Assembly (NCBI GenBank): GCA_000388065.2
Contig: KB932203.1
DNA from: Fonticula alba ATCC 38817
Lineage: Eukaryota > Protista > Nucleariida
Direction: 5' to 3' (one strand)
DNA length: 60,647 bases
Under the pieces are notes generated by a model. The model made no database searches. It worked only from the letters and a program-made list of their open reading frames with translations, and had not been told where the DNA came from. Of the stretch, positions 35,663 through 45,978 are shown piece by piece. Position 1 is the first letter of the stretch; every line of letters starts with the position of its first letter. The translations under genes and the position numbers were made by a program.

Positions 35663-35989
35663 TGAGCGAGTTTGAATACCGGGGGGAGGGGGCGGTCGCT
35701 TGCCGGGGGTGCGGCCTGGCCGAGCCCGGGGGCCGCGGTGGCTCCCCCCTTTGCGGAGGTGGCTGTTGTGCTGCCGCTGCGGTCCCCGGCCCCCCCCCCC
35801 CCCCCCCCCCCCCCTCGAGGGGTCGGGAGGGGGCGGAGTGGGGAACACGAGGGGAGGGAATGTGCGTCTTCTAATTCCTGCTGGGAGAGCCGGCACGGGT
35901 AGGCCGCCGGCGGGCCGTTGGGGAACGGCTTGAATCCCTCCAGGCCCCAGTGGCTACAGCAGCAGTCTCAACAGCAGCGGCGCCAGCGA

Positions 35990-36016
35990 CAACAACAACA
36001 ACAACAACAACAACAA
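35990..36016. repeat. (CAA)9 microsatellite
   Basis: Read directly from the sequence. Confidence 0.95.
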
Positions 36017-36598
36017 GGACTGCGGCAAGCCCCTTTCCCCCTGCAGGCCCGGGCCTCCATCCTGCCCCCGGCCCCTTGGGGCTGCTTCAAGCGCGGCTCG
36101 TTGACGCCCTCGTTCCGGACCTCACCCGCCTCAGGGGTATGTGCATTGTTTTCTCCGACAATGCAATCTTGCCCCCCGGACCCTGTTCCCCGCCCGCCTT
36201 GAGCCGGGCGATCACGCTCGAACACATACACACACACACACACACACCTGCCCACACAACCAGGAGACCCATTTTTCCGGGACCGGCCCCGAGCCGGTCG
36301 GCTGACCGCTCGGCACCCCGCCCCCAATTGACTTGGACTCCTCCGTATGCCCCTCCTCCGGCCTCCCTCCCCACTCCTTCCCCCTTTCTCCCTTTCTCTT
36401 TCCTTCTCTTCCCTTCCCTTCTCTGCCCTTCCCTTCTCTTCCGTTTCCCCCCTTCGGCCTATCTATGCCGCCTCGCTCTAACACATATCTGGCCTGCACC
36501 CTCCTCCCTCCCTGCACCTCTCTTCCAGCTCGAGCCTGGTCACTTTTCGGCAAACTTTCCCCCCCCCCCCCGCCGCCCCATCCAAACACCAACCCATC

Positions 36599-39496
36599 AT
36601 GTGGCGCCAGGCTTCCAAGTACCGCCATGCGGTTCCCACTCCCGGCAAGCCCGAGGTGCGTCGCCCGGTCCCCTTTCCCGTGCTCTCGGTCCCATCCTCC
36701 CTCCCTTCACAAGCCCATGTGCTCACTCCTCTCCCTCCCTCGCGCTACCGCCGCCCCCCTCCCCCCTCCCCCCCTTCCTCCACCCCCCGTGCACGCAGGC
36801 TTCCTTCACCGACCTCACGCTGAGCGATCTGTCCGGTTCTGGTGTCGGCATTTCCGAGGCGTCTCATGGTATTGCCGCCAGCACGGCATGGATCGCGCTG
36901 CCGGTTGGTTCGCGCGGGGATTCCTTCGGGGTCCTGCCGTTGGATCGCCCCGGCCGGGCGGCCGATGTCATGGTCACCCTGCCGAGCGCGCACGGTGGCC
37001 AGGCTCTGACCGATTTGGCTTTCTCCCCCTTCGATTCGAACGAGCTGTGCACCAGTGCCGCCGACGGCACCGTGCGCCTGTGGCGCGTGACTGACAACGG
37101 CCCGGATGCCCCCTCGGTCGGTCTCGTCACCGAGCTGCTTGGTGCTTGTGGCGGGTCCGGCAAGCCGGTCGAGGTGGTTCGGTACAACCCCACCGCCAAG
37201 GGGATCCTGGCCGCGGCCGGTGGCTTTGGCTCGGTGGCCATCTTCGACGTGTCGACCGCCGATGGGGCCGGCGTCTTTGCCCCCTCCATGCGCCTGGCTC
37301 ACAAGGATGCCACCTCGGTGAATGCCCTCTCTTGGGACTATGCTGGCTCGCGCCTGGCCACCACGTCGACTGGCACCGGCACCGGCGGCCAGCTGAACGT
37401 CATTGACCCGCGCACCGCCGGCAGCTTCGAGGTGCGCCAGGGCCCGCCCTCCGGCCTTTGGGCGGATCTCTGCCTCCTGCCTCCCCTGCTGCTTTGACTT
37501 CCCTCCCTGCTGCTTTGCCTTCCTCCCCTGCCTTCTCCTCCCCCCTCCCCTCCCCCCCCCAGCCCCGAGACACACACACACACACACACACATGCATGTA
37601 TACGGCCTCCCTGACACCACATGCATCCCCGCACGCGAGCATAGTCCACCAACTGCCACATGGGCCCCGGCAAGCAGATGGTCGAATGGCTGGGCACGCA
37701 CATTGCCGGTGGCCATGGCCTTCTGACCACCGGTCGCGGTCGCCAGCGCGAGTCTGAGATCGCCCTTTGGGACGCGCGCTCCCTCGGCGGTCCGCTCACT
37801 CGGCAGGTTCTGGATTCCTCCGGTGGCCGTGGTGCGGTTTTGCCCCTGTTCGATCCCGACACCGGGATGCTCCTGCTGGCCGGCAAGGGCGATCAGATGA
37901 CCCGCTGGTATGAGCTGGTCGATCGCCAGAATGATTGGTTCTCGTGGGCCGGCGCGCCGTCCCTGGCGCAGGAGCCCCAGCGGTCGGCCACCCTGGTGCC
38001 GAAGGCCGCCATGAATGTCATGACTGGCGAGGTGGTTCGCATGCTGCGCGTCACCTCCAAGGGCATGTCCCATGGTGCGATTGTGCCGCTTTCCTTCACC
38101 GTCCCGCGCAAGTCCTACGCCGACTTCCATGAGGACATCTTCCCGGAGACTCGCGGTCAGACCCCCGGCGGGTCTGCGGCGCAGTGGCTGGCCGGTGCCG
38201 ACACCTCGGCCGTCCCACTGGTGTCCCTGGACCCGGCCCGTCGTGCTCAGGCGGCCCCCACCTCTGACGGCACGGTCGCCGCCGCCGACGCCGCCGAGGC
38301 TACGGCCCCTACTTCGCCGGCGTCGGCTGGCGCTGCCGGCCCTGCTGCTGTCTCCACCTCTCAGGAGGTGGCCCCGGCTCAGGAGGAGGCCGAGGAGGAG
38401 GCCGAGGCCTGCTATTCGCCGACGGCTGCCGCCGCGGCCGCCGCGGTGCGTTTCTCCCGGCCCGCCGGCCTGCGCTTCACCGCCGGGCGTGTGATGACCG
38501 AGGCCTCCGTCGCCACGTACACCCACATGCGCGATGTGGCCATCCGCTTGACCGGCGAGACGGACGCCCTCTTCAGCTCGGAGGACTTCCTGGCCTTCCC
38601 GCTCTCGCGGCCCGGTGGCCAGGTGGCCGTCCTGCCGACCCAGGCCAATGGCGCGATCAACGGCCGCCAGGCCGAGGTCCTTTCGTCGCTGCTGAACAAG
38701 GCTGACGTCCTGGACATGGCCTTCGACCCGGCCTCGCCGTCGACCCTGGTGTGCGGTGCGTGCACTCTCTTTCCCGCCCGCCCGCCCGCCCGCCCGCCCG
38801 CCCGCCCGCCCCCTCTCCCCTCTGCTGCTCGTCTTGCCCTTCTTCACTCATCTCCCCCATCGGCGGCTGACCTGTCGTCATGTGCCACCTGTTGCCCTTC
38901 ATTTGTTGCAGCCTGCGAGGATGCCACCATCCGTGTCTGGCACATCCCGACCGGCGGTCTGCCGTCTCCTGCTGAGGCGGAGAAGATTGAGCCCGCCTTC
39001 ATCCTGCGCGGCCACCACCATCGCGTGAGCTTGGTCCGCTTCAGCGACAGCGTGCGTGGCCTGCTGGCCTCGGCCAGCCCCGAGGGCGACGGCTCGCCCT
39101 CGGTCCGTCTCTGGGACGTGGTGACCGGCACTCCGGTGACCGGGCCCAATGGCAAGCCGCTGATCATCACCGGCTTCAAGGATGCCATTTTCGATGTGGC
39201 CTTCAGCTCGGATGGCCTGCGTCTGGCGGTCACCTCGCGCGACAAGGTTCTGCGCGTGTTCGACGCTCGCACGGGTGCCCTGCTCAATGAGGGCCCTCTC
39301 TTCGATGGGGTTCGCGGCTCGCGCGTCTTCTGGCTGCGTGACACTGGCTACCTGGTGGCCATTGGTTCGGACCGGTCCGTGTGATGTCCTCTCCTCCGCC
39401 GCGCCGCCGCGCCCCCTGCCATGTGCTTCCGCCCTCGCCCGTCGGCTAACCCCCTTCATCATCGCCACCGCCGCCGCCGCCGCCGCCGCCACCGCT

Positions 39497-39546
<50 letters not shown>

Positions 39547-40347
39547 CGCATGCGCATTTGCGGGCCTGCTCACGCGTCTCGGCTCCGGGCGCTTCACAGT
39601 GCCAGCAACCGCCAGCTGCGTGTCTATGACTCGGCCAACCTGTCCAAGCATGTGGCCAGCCAGACACTCGACTGCTCCCCCTCGGTGCTTGTCCCGCATC
39701 TGGACCAGGACACCGGATGCCTGTTCCTGGCCAGCCGCGGTGATGCGGCCATTCACATTCTGGAGGTCCTGCCGACGGCGCCGTTCGTCCAGTACCACAG
39801 CCGCTTCGATGTGCCGGACGCCGCGCCGCTCAATGGGTTCTCCTTCCATCGGAAGGCGGCGTGCCGCGTGCGCGATCTCGAAATCGCCCGGTGCTATCGC
39901 CTGGCTCGGCCGGTCACTTCCCTGGCGCAGACCCACCAATTTGCCGTGATTGATCAGCTGTCCTTCACCGTGCCGCGCAGCCGGCCGGAGTTCTTCCAGG
40001 ACGACCTGTTCCCGGCCACTCGCGATCGGAGCAAGCCCATCTGGTCGAGCATCGGCGCCTGGCTGGCACACCGTGGCCCGGCTCCGGCTCCGGCCGTGGT
40101 GGACCTCTGCCCGGCTGGCATGGTCCGGCTGAGTGTCGCCCCGCCGGTGGTCCAGGCCAAGCCGAAGTACTTCAGTCGCGCCGTGGCCCAGGAGAGCGAG
40201 ACCGAGCGCAGTGGCCGGGTGCTGAACGACATGTTCGCCAACATCCGTGCGGCTCTGGAGGATGACCCGACCAAGCTGTCGGCCGCCTCGCAGGGCGCTC
40301 GTCAGGAGGACACCAATGTCGTGTCCGACAGCGAGTGGGACGACTGA
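36599..40347 (+). CDS. CORO7: Tandem coronin (coronin-7 type). Exons 36599-36655, 36799-37431, 37645-38755, 38912-39374, 39600-40347
   Basis: N-terminal RQASKYRH and two WD40 coronin modules, each ending in a coronin signature (LPLFDPDTGMLLLAGKGD ... IVPLSFTVPRKSYADFHEDIFPET; LVPHLDQDTGCLFLASRGD ... LSFTVPRSRPEFFQDDLFPATR). The C-terminus is acidic with a Trp (VVSDSEWDD). Confidence 0.93.
39464..39546. repeat. Compound (CCG)n(CCA)n(CAA)12 microsatellite inside CORO7 intron 4
   Basis: Read directly; lies within the phase-2 intron 39375-39599. Confidence 0.9.
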
Positions 40348-41481
40348 TCGCGCCAGGCCACTGGCCGGTCGGCCGGCATGGTGGGGGGGGGGGGGGGGGG
40401 TGGGAGGCATCATGGCGCACTGTGCTGGCCAAGGGATGACCGGGGAGTGTCCACTGTCCTCTCACTCGCTCGCTCGCTGTTTGTCCCCTTCGTCTGCCTC
40501 CTGCTGCCACCTCGCAACATATTTCTCCCTGGCAATTGGATGCTGTCGAAAAGAATGAAAGGAACATACTGCGAGGTCGGCCGCGCCCTGTCCGTGCGAT
40601 GTTGTGCCCCCCTGTGGTGGGTGCACCCTCTGCTGGGGAGATTCCACCTCCCGGGTTCCCATGCTGCGCTCCCCCCCCCCTCCCCCCTTCCATGAGCAGC
40701 CCTGTGTCGCCCCCTACCCCGGAATACGACGCATGTGTCCTTCCTCTTGTTCTGTCTGGGCGCCTTCACCTTCGGGAGACAGAGGGGGAGAGAGAGTGAG
40801 GCTGGGGCAATCGACGGGAAGGGGTGGGCAAGTGCACAGGGAGACAATGCCCGGCAGGGGAACAGTCTTCAACCTTTGGTCGGGGTCGCTCCCGACAGAA
40901 GCAGAGGGAGAGAGAGAGAGAGGGCGAGAGCGAGATCCGGAAGGTGATGCCGTGAGGCGGGGCGAAGGGCGCGCAGGGGCCGGAAGGCGTCCTGCTAAGA
41001 AAAATGGGCCGGCCTCTTGCGCAAAAAAACAAAGGCGCCCCGGCTGGTCAGGGCGCGCTTTCAATTGCCAACGGATGCGTCAGATCGGAGGTTGTGGGGT
41101 AATCCTGGGAAGGGGCTCTCTTTTGCGCCGCAGAAGCCTGCTCGCCGCTGTCCCGGGGGCGCAGAGGGTTCCTTGACTGGGGATGGCGAGCCGGGGGTGG
41201 GGGAGGGGGGATCCACAATGTGGGGCGTTCCGCATGACCGGGTGGCCCCGCGTCAGCCAAACGCTCTTCCCTTTCTCGCAAGCACGGTCTCGGGCCCATG
41301 GGCCCAGTTGCGGCGGGTCCAATCGCCTACGAGGGGTGGATGGCCTGAGGGCAAGAGCGCGGGGGGGGGGCTGCCCCAAGCACGGGCAGTGGCAGACAAT
41401 ATTCTCGATGGTCGGGGCGGGCGCACCCCTGGCGCCTTTCCATCTGCTCCTCCTTCCCCCATCCTCCCCATACGCACACAC

Positions 41482-41522
<41 letters not shown>

Positions 41523-44500
41523 CACACACGCATATACCCCACACCCCACTCCCTCCCGCGGTCTATTTACATACGTGGTCCGAGGATCCGGGTGTGTCAT
41601 TATTAGCCGCATGTGGGGAGGCATGCATGCCGACTCCGCCCCAGGCACCGGCTTTCCCCCCTGGTACTTCTGTGCAGCAGGCATGTCCCCCGCTCCGGGC
41701 GTACCATTCTGCCAGGCCTCATGCCCCCGGCGGCTGACGGCCGACCTGGAGTTTGGCGCGCATACGGGCCGCTTTCTCGCTGGAGTGCGACACCCGCACG
41801 GAAGCAGGAGTGCCCTGGCCGCACGAAAGCAGGCCATAAAGAGAGGGCAACAGTGCCTGTGAACCCGGTGTCCATTTGCCCGGTGCGCCGAGTACCACAA
41901 GTGGTTGGAGCTTTGTTTACACAATAGAGGCCGACGAGTGCCGGGTCCCCGCGGGACAGGCCGTCGCCGCCCGGGCGAACCCTGCTTCAGGGGCCCGGCT
42001 CCGCATTCTGTCCCACTGTCCCGGGTCGGGCCCGGGGACGCGTCGTCCTCGGGCGCCGTTTGTCTTGTGCACACGGCCTCCGTCTTTCTCACCTAGGCAC
42101 CCGCTCTTGCTCGTGTATGTGTTTGGGGGGGGGAGGGAAGAGTGCAGGGGCTGTCGCCCGGTCTTCCAGAGCACAAGTGGCCCAAGAAGCATGGCCATGC
42201 ATTGTGCCACACAAACAAGACAGTGCATGGGGAAGCCAAGAAAGCGAGAGCCAGCGGGGGAGACCATGCCCTTGTCACGCGCCATTAACCTACCCCGGCG
42301 GGGAGCTTGTCTGAGCGGGGGGCCGGGCGGGGAGGGGGGGGGGGCCGACACCGAGGCGCGTACACAACCCCCCTCGCCCTTCGTCCCTCGCCCCTCATTG
42401 CCTCGTCCGCCCTCAAGCTCGGCGTAGAACGCGCATAAATCCTTTTCGGCCTCGGGCCATGGGCTAGCCACGCCCCTGGCACCGGGGCCCCGCAGGTGTC
42501 CTGAGCCAACGGCAGGTTTTAGTGTCGACCTCTCGCACGCGATCGAGCATGCGTGCGCGAACGCACGCGCACTCTCATACAGGCACCGGGGACCCCCCCC
42601 CCCCCCCCCCCCCACACACACACACGTCCACACATGCACCTACATAGGAGGCAATGTGCACGCAAGCATCTTCTCCGGTCCCTCCTCGGCCCCCCTGCCA
42701 CCCCCATTCGACGACAAGAGCTTCGCTGCAGATCCGGGATCGTACTGCTTCATTAACACCTGCTGGGGTATTTTTCTTGGAAGACCCGCATGTGTCCTCA
42801 GAGCCCCGCGGCTTCGGGAATGCCCTTGGACGGGGTTGAGGCCTTCCGCTCGGGCTCGGTGAGGCGACGGGGGCAGGACGCCGGGCGCCTGCCGGCCAGC
42901 ACACTTGTGGCCGACCGGCCTCTCGGCGGCTCTCTCATCGCCAACAGCCGCAGGGTTGTTTCTCCTTCACTCCGGCCCATCCACATGAAAGGATCCCATG
43001 GCAGGGAGGTCCGTTCGCTGGTGCACTTTCTGCGCCAGCCCCGACGGTCGGGGGCTGTGAGCTTCCGAGACGAGGCTTACCAAGGTCTTTCCGCCCTTTC
43101 CCGCGCCATGCCCAGAAGGGCAGTGCGAGGCGGCGCGCGCAGGAAAGACCACAATCGAGGGAGGGAGACGGAGGCCGAGGCAAAAGACCACAAGGGAGCA
43201 TGAAGCGAAGGAGAGGGGGGGGGGGGGGAGGGTGGGCCGCCGAGCGGCCATGACCCCCTACCAAGGCACAAGGGGGTGGGCTTGCTGGAATGCCGGGGCC
43301 CGGCGATAGTGTGCTGGGCGGTGCGTGTGAGGAAAGTTGAATACAGGTTTGACCAGGGGGAGCCGGGTGGGTGCACACGCGATCCGAGCGAGTGGGGCCT
43401 GCCCCCCGGATGGGTCGACTGCGCGGCCAGTGTGTGAGTGCGAGCGGCCAAAAACGCCCGTCCGGCAAAGCGCCCGCCGGAAGCCGGAGGCCTGTTGGTC
43501 CGAGCAAAATGGCCACGCACAAGACACCCATCGTGCAGGCCCGTTTATACAGCCACACCCGCGGCCGGGCATCATGACCCCGGCGATTCGCCGCGCCCGC
43601 CTGCCTGCCTGCCTCCCTCGCCGCCTCTCGCACTTTCCACCCGACTGGAGCGGGGAGCGGTGGTCAACAAGCTTGACCTGCGGGCTGTAGCGTCTGAATT
43701 GTCGCCGGTCCCAGTCCTGCCCCTGCCCCTGCCCCTGCCCCCCCCCCCCNNNNNNNNNNNNNNNNNNNNNNNNNNNNNNNNNNNNNNNNNNNNNNNNNNN
43801 NNNNNNNNNNNNNNNNNNNNNNNNNNNNNNNNNNNNNNNNNNNNNNNNNNNNNNNNNNNNNNNNNNNNNNNNNNNNNNNNNNNNNNNNNNNNNNNNNNNN
43901 NNNNNNNNNNNNNNNNNNNNNNNNNNNNNNNNNNNNNNNNNNNNNNNNNNNNNNNNNNNNNNNNNNNNNNNNNNNNNNNNNNNNNNNNNNNNNNNNNNNN
44001 NNNNNNNNNNNNNNNNNNNNNNNNNNNNNNNNNNNNNNNNNNNNNNNNNNNNNNNNNNNNNNNNNNNNNNNNNNNNNNNNNNNNNNNNNNNNNNNNNNNN
44101 NNNNNNNNNNNNNNNNNNNNNNNNNNNNNNNNNNNNNNNNNNNNNNNNNNNNNNNNNNNNNNNNNNNNNNNNNNNNNNNNNNNNNNNNNNNNNNNNNNNN
44201 NNNNNNNNNNNNNNNNNNNNNNNNNNNNNNNNNNNNNNNNNNNNNNNNNNNNNNNNNNNNNNNNNNNNNNNNNNNNNNNNNNNNNNNNNNNNNNNNNNNN
44301 NNNNNNNNNNNNNNNNNNNNNNNNNNNNNNNNNNNNNNNNNNNNNNNNNNNNNNNNNNNNNNNNNNNNNNNNNNNNNNNNNNNNNNNNNNNNNNNNNNNN
44401 NNNNNNNNNNNNNNNNNNNNNNNNNNNNNNNNNNNNNNNNNNNNNNNNNNNNNNNNNNNGATGAGTCGGCGGGCGAAGGCGTACCCTTCTTGGGGGGGGG

Positions 44501-45095
44501 GGCACTGCAGGAGCTGCGGCGGTGCGTGGTTGTGGGGAAGGTGAGACGCCTTTGATTGTGGGGCATAGGCCGTGTGGTGCCAGGGCCACCCAGCTATGGT
44601 CGGATGTTGGCAGTGCCGCAGCTACGGCACGGGGTTTGGAAAGGGCCGCGAGGGGCAAACGGCGCGAGGGGACGACGCGCGAGAGGTCCGCCCCGGGTGG
44701 CTCGGTCGCCAGACTGCGGCGGAGGAATGAGGATGGCGTTCAAGGGCGCGCGGCCCCGAGATCGCACAGTGCAGGTTCGGCAACAGGACCGTGGTGGCCG
44801 GAGCGGAGGGGGGCCGGGTTTGCAGGTCCGTCGTTCGGGGGGCCCCGGGGCGCACGAGGGAAGGACTACAATGCGCCGGCGCGCCGACACACAAATAGTC
44901 CCAACTCCCTTCCCGCACTTGCTCTCAGGCCGCCACGGCCACCGTGCACGGGACACGGTGCACCGTGCACCGTGCGCCTCCTCTCCTCCGGACCCTCAGT
45001 GGGAGGTGGTAACTGTGTGCCGACCGTCTGTGGCCCGCGCGCGACGCGCTCATGTGTGCGTGTCTTGCTTGCTGCGCTCGAACCGGGGCGGGAGG

Positions 45096-45096
<1 letters not shown>

Positions 45097-45138
<42 letters not shown>
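45097..45138. repeat. G42 homopolymer
   Basis: Longest uninterrupted G-run I noticed. The length may be unreliable in the assembly. Confidence 0.85.
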
Positions 45139-45139
<1 letters not shown>

Positions 45140-45624
45140 ATGGATGCTCTAGGCGCCAAGCTCCGACCAGCCATTGGGGAGCCCCCGCGGGGGTGGGGGG
45201 GGGAGGCGTCTACGCGGCGAGCGCCTTGGCCGCAACCAAATTGCACCCCCAAGGCCAAGGTAAGCCCGCATGTGCACTCTCGAGTCACCCGAGGCTTGCG
45301 CATCCTCTCGCTGTAATTGCTGGCACGGAGGCAAGTGCGGAGTGTGAGTCAGGGAGGGGAAGGGGGCCGACGGGCGGGAGCACATCCTGGCCCCCTCCAC
45401 ATATTAAGTCCCCTCGGTGCCCACCTGTGGTCCGCTCGGCTCCCTCTTGGTCGCCTATTGTTGCCCCCGGCCCGAGACTGTCCTCGCCTCACGGCGGCAC
45501 GCCACCTCCCCTGACCCCCCCGCCCTCCTCGCCCCCGACCCCCCCCCCCCCCCTCCCTGCATACGCAGCGACGTGGCACTTTACTCACGGCGTGGGCGAG
45601 CGCCGGGGAGAAGGGGGGCGCAAG

Positions 45625-45632
45625 TATAAAAG
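45625..45632 (+). promoter_or_regulatory. Candidate TATA box (TATAAAAG) upstream of the ADAM-like gene, with a nearby ATTGG (reverse CCAAT) and a possible 5'UTR intron 45828-45972
   Basis: A perfect TATAWAWR in an otherwise very GC-rich region, about 350 bp upstream of ATG 45979. A GTGCGT donor lies at 45828 and an AG acceptor at 45971-45972, 6 nt before the ATG. Confidence 0.5.
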
Positions 45633-45978
45633 AGCCTGGATTGGCCAGGGGCAGCTTTCAGGAGTTTTTTGGTATCCGGCTTGCCTCCGATCCAAGCCTA
45701 GCCCCTGCCAGCCGCCCACCCAGCACCCCTGCCTGTCCCTCCCCCCCGCCCCTGCACCCCTTTGCCCCTTTGCTTTCTTATCTTTTTCGCCGCCAACACC
45801 CGTCGCACGGCATCCCTCCACCGAGTGTGCGTCGCCAGAAATGCACTTTTATGACACGGCCCCGGCGTTTCGGCTCGCTCTGCCGGGCCTGGGACCCTCG
45901 CCCCCCCTCGCCTGCCCTTTGGTCGCCCTTCCGCCCACTCACATGGATTGCACCTCCCGGTCGCGCCGGTAGTACAAC

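Noticed and set aside
38899-40413. Long antisense ORFs over CORO7, and similarly over the RasGAP, GlyRS, PSMC5 and FMN reductase genes
   Set aside because: In-register antisense ORFs expected from GC3-rich coding sequence. The poly-Val/Leu/Ala runs come from intronic microsatellites.
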